Of a stretch of DNA of 64,000 bases, positions 1 through 10,458 are shown piece by piece. The position numbers were made by a program, and so were the translations under genes. The DNA is from Gemmatimonadaceae bacterium (lineage in GTDB: Bacteria; Gemmatimonadota; Gemmatimonadetes; Gemmatimonadales; Gemmatimonadaceae), in contig JANMAM010000021.1 in the NCBI GenBank assembly GCA_031359795.1, forward strand, positions 8,542-72,541. The letters are read 5' to 3'. The notes under the pieces are model-generated. The model did no database searches. It saw nothing but the letters and a program-made list of their open reading frames with translations, and was not told the origin of the DNA. Within the stretch, counting starts at the first letter, position 1. Each line of letters begins with the position of its first letter.

Positions 1-2
1 TG

Positions 3-674
3 CAGTTCGGCATCCACGGTCCCGTCACGCCCGAGCAGCTCGTCGCGCTCGAACGAATTCAGCGCAGCCAGCGGCACCTGCTCGGCCTGATCAATGGCGT
101 GCTCAATTACTCACGCGTCGAAGCGGGAGTGGTGCACTACGACATCGCGGACATTCCGCTCGAGGAAACCCTCGGCATGTGCGAAGCGCTGATTGCTCCG
201 CAGCTGCATGCGAAGGGCCTGTCGCTCACGAATAGTGGTTGCCCGCCTGGCGCCTCCGTTCGCGCCGACCGCGAGAAGCTGCAGCAGGTCGTGCTCAACC
301 TGTTGTCCAACGCGGTGAAGTTCACTCCGGCGGGCGGACGCGTCGACATCGAGTGCGCGGCGGCGCCTAACGGCATGATGTGCGTGCGGGTCCGCGACAC
401 GGGCCGGGGAATCGCCGGCTCCCAGATCGAGCGGGTCTTCCAGCCGTTCGTGCAGGTGGACGCCGGCCTCACGCGCACCCAGGATGGCGTCGGCCTCGGC
501 CTGGCAATCAGTCGCGACCTGGCGCGGGGGATGGGTGGCGACCTGACGGTGGACAGCGAACCCGACGTCGGATCGGTCTTTACCTTGACCGTTCCGCTGG
601 CCGGCTCGGCGGGCCGGGGCGAGCGCGCTAGATTCGCAGAATCTCCAACCGAGAACTCCAATGCGCTCAGGTAG
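3..674 (+). CDS. Sensor histidine kinase, C-terminal part (5' end lies upstream of the window)
   Basis: Frame 3 is open from the window edge (QFGIHGPVTPEQLVALERIQRSQRHLLGLINGVLNYSRVEAG, the end of a HisKA helix). HATPase_c boxes follow: NLLSNAVKF, DTGRGI, GVGLGLAISRDLARGMGG. The M at 99 in the ORF track is internal. Confidence 0.9.
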   Translation, partial: QFGIHGPVTPEQLVALERIQRSQRHLLGLINGVLNYSRVEAGVVHYDIADIPLEETLGMCEALIAPQLHAKGLSLTNSGCPPGASVRADREKLQQVVLNLLSNAVKFTPAGGRVDIECAAAPNGMMCVRVRDTGRGIAGSQIERVFQPFVQVDAGLTRTQDGVGLGLAISRDLARGMGGDLTVDSEPDVGSVFTLTVPLAGSAGRGERARFAESPTENSNALR

Positions 675-1380
675 CTCCCCGCTCTGGATCGTCACCGCGA
701 TTGCGGCGGCAACGTGCGCGACGCCCGGCCCGCCGAATCGCGGCGCGCCGCCCGTGGTCGTGCCGAGGGTGGCAGCGCTCCCCGACACGGCGCGCTTCGC
801 GGCCGAGTTGAATGCCTTTGCGCGGGCCGACAGCGCCACGCCGCCACCGCCCGCGCCGGTACTCTTCGTCGGCAGCTCATCGATCCGGATGTGGGAGAGC
901 CTGGCCACGGACTTCCCGGGGGTGCCGCTGCTCAACCGCGGCTTCGGCGGATCGCGGATGGACGACGTGCTGCGCCATGCTGACCGCGTCGTCTTCCGCT
1001 ATCGCCCGCGCGCGATCGTGCTCTACGAAGGGGACAACGATCTCGAGGAAGGGAAGAGTCCCGCACGCGTGGCCGGCGAAGTCGCCGAGTTCCTGCAGCG
1101 CGTCCGGGTTGCGTTGCCGCTCGCGCGGGTCGTCTGCCTGTCGGTAAAACCAAGTCCAGCGCGCTGGCGGCTCGTCGACAAGGTGCGCGAGACGAACGCA
1201 CTGCTCGAGGCGGTGGTCTCCCGCGACACGATGGCAACGTTCGTGGATGTCTTCACGCCGATGCTCGGTGCCAACGGCCGGCCACGCCCCGAGCTGTTTG
1301 GCCCCGACTCGCTCCACATGACCCCCGCCGGCTACGCGGTCTGGCGGAGCGCGCTGGCACCGGCGCTCCCTCGTCGCTGA
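661..1380 (+). CDS. SGNH/GDSL-family hydrolase, probable lipoprotein
   Basis: The N-terminal signal has a Cys (TAIAAATCA). FVGSSSI (block I Ser), NRGFGGS and YEGDNDL are typical SGNH esterase blocks. It overlaps the upstream kinase stop by 14 nt. Confidence 0.75.
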   Translation: MRSGSSPLWIVTAIAAATCATPGPPNRGAPPVVVPRVAALPDTARFAAELNAFARADSATPPPPAPVLFVGSSSIRMWESLATDFPGVPLLNRGFGGSRMDDVLRHADRVVFRYRPRAIVLYEGDNDLEEGKSPARVAGEVAEFLQRVRVALPLARVVCLSVKPSPARWRLVDKVRETNALLEAVVSRDTMATFVDVFTPMLGANGRPRPELFGPDSLHMTPAGYAVWRSALAPALPRR

Positions 1381-1401
1381 CGGCGAGCCGCGCCGCGCTG
1401 C

Positions 1402-4400
1402 CTAACGGGGGGCGCGGATCGTGACCGTTACCTCGTGGTGCGCACCGTCATCGGATAGCGGAATCCGGCTGTCGGGCATCGGTGCTCCGTCGATCACGAC
1501 GTCCGACCGTCCACGATTGAGCGCGTCGGGGTTCTTCACCGTGACCCTGTAGCTGGCCGAGCCGTACCGGTAGTCGATCGTGTACTCCTTCCATGCGGCA
1601 GGTATGCATGGCTCGATCATGAGCCAGTGTCCCTGCTTTCTGAACCCGAGAATCGCCTCGAGTCCGACGCGGTACATCCAGCTCGCCGAGCCCGTGTACC
1701 ATGTCCATCCGCCGCGTCCGAGATGCCCCTCCGCCGTGTAGAGATCCGCGACCACGACGTATGGCTCGACCTTATAGATCTCGGCCGCCGCCCTCGTCGC
1801 GGTGTGCGTGAGTGGATTGATCATCTGGTACAGCTCGAACGCACGATCGCCCTTGCCCTGCAGCGCGGTCGCCAGCACTGCCCAGAGCGCGGCGTGCGTG
1901 TACTGCGCACCATTCTCGCGGACGCCTGGCAGGTAGCCCTTGATGTAGCCCGGGTCGTGCGCGGACTTGTCGAACGGCGGAGTCAGCAGCTTGAGGAGGC
2001 GCGCGTCATTGTCGACGAGATGCTCCTCGAACGAGGCCATCGCCCGCGCCTGGCGCTCGGGCGCACCGGCACCGCTGATGATGCTCCAGCTCTGGGCGAT
2101 CGAGTCGATCCGGCACTCGTCGCTCGTCACCGAGCCTAACGGCGACCCGTCGTCGAAGTAGGCGCGGCGGTACCAGTCGCCGTCCCACGAGGTCTCCTCG
2201 ATCGCCCGGACATACGCCTCGGCCTTGCCGCGGAAATCGGCGGCGACCGCGCTGTCGCCACGGTCGTCGGCGATCGCCGCGAAGCTGCGGAGCGTCGTGC
2301 TCAGGAACCACGCCAGCCACACCGTCTCGCCGCGGCCCTCGACGCCGACGCGGTTCATGCCGTCGTTCCAGTCGCCGATGCCGATCAGCGGCAACCCGTG
2401 CTCGCCCAGTGTGCACGCACGGCGCAGCGCGCGGACGCAGTGGTCGTAGACGCTCCCCGTCTCGCCGCTCGGTTGCGGAAGGTCGTAGACCTCGTGCTCG
2501 TGCGGCAGGAGTTGGCGCAGCGTCAGGAATGGTGCCTGCTCGTCCAGCACCGATGCATCGCCGGTGACGCGCACATAGTGCTCGACGACGTACGACAGCC
2601 AGGCAAGGTCGTCGCTGAACTTCGTCCGCACGCCGCGGCCACTGTGCGGGTGCCACCAGTGCTGAACGTCGCCTTCGACGAACTGCCGCCCCGCCGAGCG
2701 GACGATATGATCGCGCGCGAGCTTCGGCTCGGCGTAGACGAACGCCATCGAGTCCTGCAGCTGGTCACGGAATCCGTAGGCACCGCTGCTCTGGTAGAGC
2801 CCCGATCGTCCCCACATGCGGCACGACAGCGCCTGGTAGAGAATCCAGCGGTTCATCATCGCGTCGAATGCCGGCTCGGGTGTCCGGACCGTTATCGTCG
2901 ACAGCCGATCCTGCCAGCTCTTGATGGTCGTCGCGACCGCCGCGCGGGCGCCCTTGGCATCGCGACGTTTCGCGACCGCCGCGACCGCCGCCGCTTCGGT
3001 CGACGCCGCGCCAAGGACGATGACGACATCGCGCGACTCCCCCGGCCCGAGCACGAGCGCGCACTGCAGCGCGGCGCAGGGATCGAGTGCCGCCCCGACC
3101 GATCCGGCGAGCGGCGGCGCCTCGGCGCTGAGCGCGAACGGCGCGCCTAACGTTCCGTTGCGGCCGATGAACTCGCGCCGGTCGGCGGTGAAGCTCGTCA
3201 CCGGCTCGCTGATCGACGCGAACGCGACCCAATTCGCGAAGACGGGATCGAAGGTGTTGCGCGCGAAGATTGCACCTGTCGCCGCGTCGTACGACGTCGC
3301 CACCTGGTGCTGCGTGTGCTCGCGCGTCACGCCGAGCGTCCATTCGGTGTACGCCGTCATCGTCAATCGGCGCGTTCGCTTGCCGCGATTGGTGATACGC
3401 AGCGTCGAGAGCTTCACCGCCTCGTGCTCGTCGAGGCCGAGCGTCAGCTGCGTCGCGATCTCGTCGCGGACATGCTCGAACGACGACGCGCCGGCCGTGT
3501 GGCGAGCGACGTAAGGTTCCGGGCTCCGGATCGGGGCCGGCGTCGCGCTCCAGAGCGCGTGAGTCTCGTCATCGCGGAGGTAGATCACTTCCCCGGCCGG
3601 ATCGCTGATCGGGTCGTTCTGCCATGGCGTCAGGCGATAGAAAAAGCTGCTCTCCGCCCACGTGCATCCGGCGCCGCGCTCGCTGATGAGGAATCCCCCC
3701 CTCGCGTTCGCAACGCAGTTCACCCATGGCGCCGGTGGCACGGCATCGCCAGCGACGCGAATGAAATAATCGCTTTCCTCGGTCAGGCCGCCAAACCCGT
3801 TATCGAACCGGAGCGTCGGCGCGACGATTGGTGGGCTCAACACCGGAATTCCCGCGGATGGCGTCGGGCGGCTCGGACGCGGGGGCAACGGCTCAACCGG
3901 GTCGCGAGCGTATCCGTGCGCCGCGTCGGCCAGATGAAGCTTCGGATCGCGCATCGCGGCGTGCAGCCGCGAACGCTGCATCGCGAGCGTGTCCGACGTC
4001 GACTGCTGGGCCGCCACCTGCCGCCCATGCGCGGGATGATCCTCGGTCAGCTCCAGCTCGTCGAGCTCGGCAGCCGTCTTCGGATCGTCGAGGATGCGCG
4101 CGAGGGAACGCCCGTCGCAGGTCACATGGACGCGGGCCGTTGCGCGGAGCATCGCGAGCGTGTCGCCGGCAATGATGTCGACGCGCCGCACGTACACGCC
4201 GCCCGGACGATCAACCATCCCCGCGTCGCTCGATGCAAAGATCGCCGCCGTCACCTTGTCGTTCAGGTCCTGCAGATACGTTGGCGGATGCGTGTTGAGC
4301 ACCACCAAGTCGACCATCATTCCGCGACGGCGCCAGTAGTGGTGCGCGGACAGTATCTGTCGCAGCGTCGGCAGCCCGTCCATCGACGAGATCGTCGCGA

Positions 4401-7400
4401 GCAGAATCGGCCAGTCGCCGGACACGCCGAGGGTCCAGAGCAGCGGCTGCGATCCACGGTTGGCGAGGATCTCCTCTTCCGGCGCACGCAGCGCGGACGT
4501 CGGAAAGAAGAGATGGCCGGCCATTTCCTGAAACACCGCCGCGTCGGTCGGTGTCATCCCGAGCTCGCGAAGCTCGACCTGCGTCGAGGTCCACGCCAGG
4601 TCGAGCGCCCGTTGCGCCGCGTGCGGGTGATGGTATCGGTCGGCGAGCTGGAACGCGCGCGCGCGGCTGTCGGCGACGATTGTCGTGAACGCCACCGACG
4701 CCGAGCGTCCGGGGGCGATCGAGACCCGCGTCCGCAACGCGAAGATCGGATCGAGCACGGCACCGGTCGTCATCGACAGCGGGCCTTCACTGTCGAGCGC
4801 GACCGGATCGCGCGTCGACCGGCCACGTCCGACGAACCTGGCGCGATCGGTCTCGCACGTGGTCCTGCCGATCCGCTCCTTCCCGGTGTCGACGACGTGC
4901 ACGCACCAGAGCGATCGCTCGCCGGCCGAGCGAGGACGGCGTGTCGCGGTGATCGCGGTACACCACTCGTGCCACTCGGTCTCGACGAACAGGTTCGCGA
5001 ACGCGGGATGCGCGCGGTCGGCGTCCGGTGAGTGCAGCACGATCTCACCGTAGCTGGTCAGCTCGATCTCGCGGGCCTCGGTACTGTTGTTGGTGAGCGT
5101 CACCCGCCGCACTTCGGCGGAGTCGTCAGGCACGACGGCGATCTCGGTACTAGTCTCGATCCCGTCGTCGGAGCGGTGGAACGTCACCCGATCGGTGGCA
5201 AGCAGCGCCCGATACCACTCGGCCGGCGCACAGGTCGGCTGATACGCGGCCGACCAGACGCGCTTGCGGGTCGTGTCGCGGATGTAGCAGAACTGTCCGA
5301 TGTTGTCGCGCGTGCCGTCGGCGCGCCACCGCGTGATCGCGAGGTCCTCGTAGCGGCTGTACCCCGAGCCGCAGCTGGTGACCATGATCGTGTACGGGAG
5401 GTGGCCGAGCAGCGCGACGTGCGGCTGCGGGGTGTCCGGCGCGTCGATCTGCCTGACGGCGGGACGCTCGAGCTCCGGGTCGGGAAGCGACTCGTCGGGA
5501 CGGGCCTCCTGGGGCTCCTGCAGTACCAGCCGCCGCGGAATGCGTTCGTGCAGCAGCAGCTCGGCCGAGCGCACGAGCGGGTCGGCGTGGAAGCGTCGCT
5601 GCCAGAGGCCGTCGCGCAGCGAATTGGCGAGCGCGATCAGCCCCATCCCGATGTGGTGCGCCATGTAGGTCTTCACGAGGGCGAACCGTTCGCCGGGATC
5701 GGGACGCGTGTAGTCGAGGGCGTCGAGGAACCCGTACCTGCCTAACGCGCCGCGGCGCTCGAGGCGGGCGAGGTTGCCGAGCGCCTTTCCCGGATCGACG
5801 ACGACGGCGAGCGCCGATGCGTACGGCGCGATCACCAGGTCGCGGCCGAGGCCGCGCTTGAGCGCGAGGTTCGGGATGCCGAACGCACGGTACTGATAGG
5901 TCAGGTGGCGATCGCGGAGGTTGTAGGCGCTCTCGCTGGTCCCCCACGGAACGTCGCGCTCGTCGGCGTAGGCAATCTGCCGCTTGACCGCTCCCCGATA
6001 CGTCTGGTCGAGCACCGTGAACGGGAACGACTGCATCACCAGCACCGGCATCAGGTACTCGAACATGCTGCCGCTCCAGCTCACCAGCGCCGTTGCCCCG
6101 TCGGCGTGGGTGAGTGTCCGTCCGAGCCGGAACCAGTGCTCGACCGGGATGTCGTTCTTCGCGATCGCAATGAAGCTCGAGAGCCGTGCCTCGGACGCGA
6201 GCAGGTCGTAGTACGAGGCGTCGCGCGAGTGGTTGCTCTGCTGGTAGCCGATCGAGAACAGCTTCCGGCGCTCGTCATACAGGAAGCGGAAGTCCATTTC
6301 GAGCGCGTATGCGTAGGCGCGCGCGGCGATGGTCTCGAGGCGCGCCACGAGCTCCGAGGCGTCAGTGGACGCGATTGCGACCTCGCGCAGCGACGGCAGC
6401 TCGCCGGTGACGGACGATCCGCGCGGCGGCGTCACCGCCTGTGCCGCGGCGATGACGGCAAGGCGATCGGTTTCGTCGGCGAGGCGGATCGCTGTCCAGT
6501 CGAGCCACTCGATCGCCGGGTCGAGCACCTCGGCGGGGAGCTCCGACGCGCCTAACGCGAGCCGTGCCCGCTCGATCGGCGCCACTACCGCGGCGATCGC
6601 CGCCGGCTCCGGTGCGTTGGTGTGGATCGCCGCGAACGCGGTGCGGGCCAGGCGCACGAGCTTCGCCGCGTCGGCCACTGCGCCGAAGCTGAGTGGGGTG
6701 TCGGCGGCGCCCGAGGTCGCGAGCGTGGTGAGGCGGTCGTGCGCGATGTGCAGCGAGGCTGCTACCGCGCGCCAGAATCGCGGGCTCGACACCGGCCTGT
6801 CGGCGATGTGCAGGCACGACTGCCGGAGCGCGATCAGGTGGCCAGCCAGGTTGCCGCTGTCGACCGTCGAAATGTATGCCGGCTCGAGCACCGTCAGGTT
6901 GTGCAGCTCGTACCAGTTGTAGAAATGGCCGCGGAAGCGCCGCATCCGCTCGAGCGAGCGGAATGCTCTCTCGAGGCGAAGCGTCATTTCCTCGATCGAG
7001 ATGAAGCCGAGCTCCGCCGCGGTGGCGATCGCCATCAGCTGGAGCCCGATGTTCGTCGGCGACGTCCGCATCGCGACGGTCGGCGTCGGATCCTCCTGGA
7101 AGTTGTCGGGCGCGAGCCAGTTCGTTTCCTCGTTGACGAAGTAGTCGAAGAACCGCCAGTGGAGGAGCGCGTACCGGACCGCGGCTTCCTGGTTTGCCGC
7201 CGTCAGGCGCTGGGCGCGACGAAGCGCCGGCTTGCTCAGTGCCTGCGCGACCGCTGGCGACGCGATCCACATGCCGATGATCGGCATCGACACGAGCAGC
7301 AGCCGCCACCCGTCGATGATGCCGTGCCCGCGCGCGCCGGTCGCCATCGACACCTCGACGAGCCGCCAGGTGGAGAATGCGACCGTCGCGAGGGCGAGCA

Positions 7401-10341
7401 CGCCCACGACCACGGCCGGCCACATCTTGCGCCAGATGTCGCCCCGGTTGCCGCTGACCATCCGTTCGACCTGCGACGCCGTCTGCCACTCGAGCAGCTT
7501 CCGTCGCGAGACGAACATCCGGTAGAACGTGCGCACGATCGCGTCGGCGCTCACCCATGCCTGGTGCGCGAGAAACCCGATCACGAGCGTGATCTGCTGG
7601 ATGCTGGTGATCGCATCGCGCCCGACCGCGGCATAGTAGGCGCGCCAGCTCTTGTCGAAGGGCGGACGGGTCACCGCGAGGAACAGCGACACCAGCCACG
7701 GCGCCATGATCGCGCCGAGGCCGACGAGCGTCCACCGGACCGGTGAGCCGGGCAGGATCGTCCAGCCGGCGATGAGCAGGGCGAGCTGCGCGATCTCCGT
7801 CAGGCTGCGGCGGAGGTTGTCGAGAATCTTCCAGCGCGAGAGCAGCGAGAGCCGGTTGCGCTCCGGACCGTTAGGCCCCGGCACCCGCGGGGTCAGCCAG
7901 TCGAGCAGCTGCCAGTCCCCGCGAATCCAGCGATGCTTGCGGCGCGTGTAGGTCAGGTACCGGGTCGGGTAGTCGTCGTAGACCTCGATGTCGGTCGCCA
8001 GGCCGGCGCGCGCGTAGTTCCCCTCGATCAGGTCGTGCGAGAGCAGGGTGTTCTCGGGAAAGCGCCCGTGCGTCGCCTGCTCGAAGGCGTCGATGTCGTA
8101 GATCCCCTTGCCGGTGAAGCTCCCCTCGCCATACAGGTCCTGGTAGACGTCAGACACCGCCGTCGTGTACGGGTCGACCCCGGGATGCCCGGAGTGGATC
8201 GCCGCGAAGTACGACTTGTGCGCGCTCGGCAGTGACACGCCGACGCGGGGCTGGAGAATTCCGTAGCCGTGCACGACACGCCCTGCCTCGGCGTCGTAGA
8301 TCGCACGGTTGAGCGGATGAGCGAGTGTCCCGATGAGCATCGGCGCCGCATCGGGTGGCAGGACGGTGTCGCTGTCGAGCGTTATGACGTAGCGGGATTG
8401 CCGGATCAGCGCGACGTCGCCGATGATCGTCGAGAAGGCCGCGTCGTGGCCCGTCGCCGCGCCGTGCCCCGGAAGTTCGTTCGGCGCGACCGGATCGCTC
8501 CGGCGCAGGAAGCGATTGAACTCGGCGAGCTTGCCCCGCTTCCGCTCCCAGCCCATCCAGACGCCCTGCTGCGGGTTCCAGCGGCGCGGGCGGTGGAAGA
8601 GGTAGAACGCGGTCGGATCGCCACCCGCATACCGGGCGTTGAGCGCGTAGACGCCCTCGATCGCGGCGGTGACGATCGCGCCGTCGGTCTCTCGCGTTTC
8701 GGTGGGCGCGTCGGTGAAGTCGCTGAGGATCGCGAAGTGGAGATTGGGCTCGCGGTTCGCGAGGTACTGCACCTCGATCGTGTCGAGCGCCTCGCGCACC
8801 GCTTCGACCGATCCGAACAGCGTCGGGATGACGACGGCGGTGCGATATTCCGCCGGGACGCCGAGCTCGCGCGTCAGCTCGAGCTTCGGCAGCACGCGCG
8901 GCGGGAGCCATGCCGCGACGAGCTGGTTGACGATGTTGACCGCGATGTCCATCGCCGGCAACAGCGCGAAGGCGAGCACCGTCGTCGCGAGCACACCGGG
9001 GGGCACGCCGGCGATCCGGAGCACGAACAACAGCGCGAGGAGCGTGACGAAAACGATTCCGCCGACGAAGATCCAGTTCGGGTGGCGGAGCACGAGGCGG
9101 TGGACGAGCTCGCCTAACGTCGGCTGGTAGCCGGTCACCCGTTCGAGCTCGACCCGCCCCTCGTTGATCAGGTAGTAGCCGACATGTGCGTGCCGCTCGC
9201 TGCCGGACGCGTTCTCCTTCGCCTTTCGCGCCAGCTCGATCGCGACGTGGGCGATGTCCTGCTCGCGCTTCCCCGTCCGCTTGGCGATTTTCTCGACGAC
9301 GTGACGATAGTGGTCGCGCGTCTGGAAGGTCATCTGCAGGTAGTGCTGCGACGGGTCGCCGCGAAGCACCTGCTCCATCACGCTCTGCCGCTCGACGAAG
9401 GTGCGCCAGTCGAAGCGCGCGATTGCGCGGAGGCTCGTGATGCTGTTCGCGGTCATCACCTGCGTCAGCGCCAGCCGCTCGGTCGAGCGGGCGACCGCCT
9501 GCTCCGACGTCGGACCCTCTTCGGCGATCCACTGCTCGAACCAGAGCAGTGGCGGGAACGCCTCCTTGGAGAGCCTGAGCTGGTGGAGCAGCCGCGCGAC
9601 GAACTGCGGGGTGAGCGCCGGCGTGTTCCGGACGAAATCGTCGAGCGGGCCGCCTAACGTGCCGCGGGGAATGCTGGCCGGGGCGAGCAGCCGCGCCGCC
9701 CAGCCATCGGCCATCTCGACATCGTCGAGCCGTTGCACGGTGCGCAGCGTCATCCGGCGCACGCTCTCGATCAGCCCGAGGCGCAGCATCGCCGGCATCG
9801 CCCAGAGCTCGCCGACCGAGAGCATCGCCCGCTCCTGATAGGCGGCGACGAACTGGTTGACGTTGTCGAGGTCGATCCGCGCTTCGGTGTGCGCGATCAG
9901 CGTGATCGCGATCTCGTAGACGCGCGGGTACCCGGCGAGCGTACCCGTCGCCAGCTCGGGCAGCTCGCGGTAGTAGCCACTCGGGAGGCTCTCCCGAACC
10001 TCCCGAATGTGTTCCTGAACGACGTGAAAGTTGTCGAGCAGCCAGTCCCCGGCCGGTCCGACGTCGAACTCCGCGTCCGCCGCGGCAGCGAGCCGCTCGT
10101 GCGCCGCCTCGAGGATCGCGCGCGTCTCCGTCAGCCGGATGAGCAGCGGCGTCTGACGCAGCCGCTTGGGCTTGGCCACGATGCGCTGCGACTTCGCCAG
10201 CTCGCGCGCCCGCGTCGCCAACTGGTCCGCGCCGAGCAGCTCACCTCGAATCGGACCGGCAAGCAACTGATCGCGCCCCTGCGAGGCTCGTGGAAAGATG
10301 CGCGTCAGGAGTGGTGCGCCGGGAGGAACGGTCGTCGTCAA
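1402..10341 (-). CDS. ndvB: Cyclic beta-1,2-glucan synthase (GT84 glycosyltransferase region plus C-terminal GH94 phosphorylase-like region)
   Basis: Very large ORF with multiple TM segments. The Cgs/NdvB-like stretch LSHDLIEGNYARAGLATDIEVYDDYPTRYLTYTRRKHRWIRGDWQLLDWL is present. GH94-type motifs GDWNDGMNRVG and RENGAQYTHAALW occur in the C-terminal third. The ORF track extends to 10980, but that extra part overlaps the divergent gene. The start is placed provisionally at TTG 10339-10341 and is unresolved, because there is no in-frame ATG near the conserved N-terminus. Confidence 0.85.
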   Translation of the reverse strand: MTTTVPPGAPLLTRIFPRASQGRDQLLAGPIRGELLGADQLATRARELAKSQRIVAKPKRLRQTPLLIRLTETRAILEAAHERLAAAADAEFDVGPAGDWLLDNFHVVQEHIREVRESLPSGYYRELPELATGTLAGYPRVYEIAITLIAHTEARIDLDNVNQFVAAYQERAMLSVGELWAMPAMLRLGLIESVRRMTLRTVQRLDDVEMADGWAARLLAPASIPRGTLGGPLDDFVRNTPALTPQFVARLLHQLRLSKEAFPPLLWFEQWIAEEGPTSEQAVARSTERLALTQVMTANSITSLRAIARFDWRTFVERQSVMEQVLRGDPSQHYLQMTFQTRDHYRHVVEKIAKRTGKREQDIAHVAIELARKAKENASGSERHAHVGYYLINEGRVELERVTGYQPTLGELVHRLVLRHPNWIFVGGIVFVTLLALLFVLRIAGVPPGVLATTVLAFALLPAMDIAVNIVNQLVAAWLPPRVLPKLELTRELGVPAEYRTAVVIPTLFGSVEAVREALDTIEVQYLANREPNLHFAILSDFTDAPTETRETDGAIVTAAIEGVYALNARYAGGDPTAFYLFHRPRRWNPQQGVWMGWERKRGKLAEFNRFLRRSDPVAPNELPGHGAATGHDAAFSTIIGDVALIRQSRYVITLDSDTVLPPDAAPMLIGTLAHPLNRAIYDAEAGRVVHGYGILQPRVGVSLPSAHKSYFAAIHSGHPGVDPYTTAVSDVYQDLYGEGSFTGKGIYDIDAFEQATHGRFPENTLLSHDLIEGNYARAGLATDIEVYDDYPTRYLTYTRRKHRWIRGDWQLLDWLTPRVPGPNGPERNRLSLLSRWKILDNLRRSLTEIAQLALLIAGWTILPGSPVRWTLVGLGAIMAPWLVSLFLAVTRPPFDKSWRAYYAAVGRDAITSIQQITLVIGFLAHQAWVSADAIVRTFYRMFVSRRKLLEWQTASQVERMVSGNRGDIWRKMWPAVVVGVLALATVAFSTWRLVEVSMATGARGHGIIDGWRLLLVSMPIIGMWIASPAVAQALSKPALRRAQRLTAANQEAAVRYALLHWRFFDYFVNEETNWLAPDNFQEDPTPTVAMRTSPTNIGLQLMAIATAAELGFISIEEMTLRLERAFRSLERMRRFRGHFYNWYELHNLTVLEPAYISTVDSGNLAGHLIALRQSCLHIADRPVSSPRFWRAVAASLHIAHDRLTTLATSGAADTPLSFGAVADAAKLVRLARTAFAAIHTNAPEPAAIAAVVAPIERARLALGASELPAEVLDPAIEWLDWTAIRLADETDRLAVIAAAQAVTPPRGSSVTGELPSLREVAIASTDASELVARLETIAARAYAYALEMDFRFLYDERRKLFSIGYQQSNHSRDASYYDLLASEARLSSFIAIAKNDIPVEHWFRLGRTLTHADGATALVSWSGSMFEYLMPVLVMQSFPFTVLDQTYRGAVKRQIAYADERDVPWGTSESAYNLRDRHLTYQYRAFGIPNLALKRGLGRDLVIAPYASALAVVVDPGKALGNLARLERRGALGRYGFLDALDYTRPDPGERFALVKTYMAHHIGMGLIALANSLRDGLWQRRFHADPLVRSAELLLHERIPRRLVLQEPQEARPDESLPDPELERPAVRQIDAPDTPQPHVALLGHLPYTIMVTSCGSGYSRYEDLAITRWRADGTRDNIGQFCYIRDTTRKRVWSAAYQPTCAPAEWYRALLATDRVTFHRSDDGIETSTEIAVVPDDSAEVRRVTLTNNSTEAREIELTSYGEIVLHSPDADRAHPAFANLFVETEWHEWCTAITATRRPRSAGERSLWCVHVVDTGKERIGRTTCETDRARFVGRGRSTRDPVALDSEGPLSMTTGAVLDPIFALRTRVSIAPGRSASVAFTTIVADSRARAFQLADRYHHPHAAQRALDLAWTSTQVELRELGMTPTDAAVFQEMAGHLFFPTSALRAPEEEILANRGSQPLLWTLGVSGDWPILLATISSMDGLPTLRQILSAHHYWRRRGMMVDLVVLNTHPPTYLQDLNDKVTAAIFASSDAGMVDRPGGVYVRRVDIIAGDTLAMLRATARVHVTCDGRSLARILDDPKTAAELDELELTEDHPAHGRQVAAQQSTSDTLAMQRSRLHAAMRDPKLHLADAAHGYARDPVEPLPPRPSRPTPSAGIPVLSPPIVAPTLRFDNGFGGLTEESDYFIRVAGDAVPPAPWVNCVANARGGFLISERGAGCTWAESSFFYRLTPWQNDPISDPAGEVIYLRDDETHALWSATPAPIRSPEPYVARHTAGASSFEHVRDEIATQLTLGLDEHEAVKLSTLRITNRGKRTRRLTMTAYTEWTLGVTREHTQHQVATSYDAATGAIFARNTFDPVFANWVAFASISEPVTSFTADRREFIGRNGTLGAPFALSAEAPPLAGSVGAALDPCAALQCALVLGPGESRDVVIVLGAASTEAAAVAAVAKRRDAKGARAAVATTIKSWQDRLSTITVRTPEPAFDAMMNRWILYQALSCRMWGRSGLYQSSGAYGFRDQLQDSMAFVYAEPKLARDHIVRSAGRQFVEGDVQHWWHPHSGRGVRTKFSDDLAWLSYVVEHYVRVTGDASVLDEQAPFLTLRQLLPHEHEVYDLPQPSGETGSVYDHCVRALRRACTLGEHGLPLIGIGDWNDGMNRVGVEGRGETVWLAWFLSTTLRSFAAIADDRGDSAVAADFRGKAEAYVRAIEETSWDGDWYRRAYFDDGSPLGSVTSDECRIDSIAQSWSIISGAGAPERQARAMASFEEHLVDNDARLLKLLTPPFDKSAHDPGYIKGYLPGVRENGAQYTHAALWAVLATALQGKGDRAFELYQMINPLTHTATRAAAEIYKVEPYVVVADLYTAEGHLGRGGWTWYTGSASWMYRVGLEAILGFRKQGHWLMIEPCIPAAWKEYTIDYRYGSASYRVTVKNPDALNRGRSDVVIDGAPMPDSRIPLSDDGAHHEVTVTIRAPR

Positions 10342-10458
10342 AGGTCTCGGATTGTCAGGGTGCAGCCAGTCCTGCCGCACGCGAAATAAACTCTCCGGGC
10401 AGCGATCCCGCGCCCCCGGGCTGTGCGCCGGGGACCCCGGCTGCCATCTTTGGCAGTC

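Noticed and set aside
3307-5031. Long ORFs antisense to, or out of frame with, the glucan synthase gene. Examples are 3307-5031, 5905-6555, 6622-7746 and 8269-9117 on the + strand, and 6362-7735 and 8150-9532 on the - strand.
   Set aside because: They have Arg/Ala/Gly/Pro-rich shadow composition typical of high-GC DNA and no recognisable domains. The other frame encodes a clearly conserved giant enzyme.
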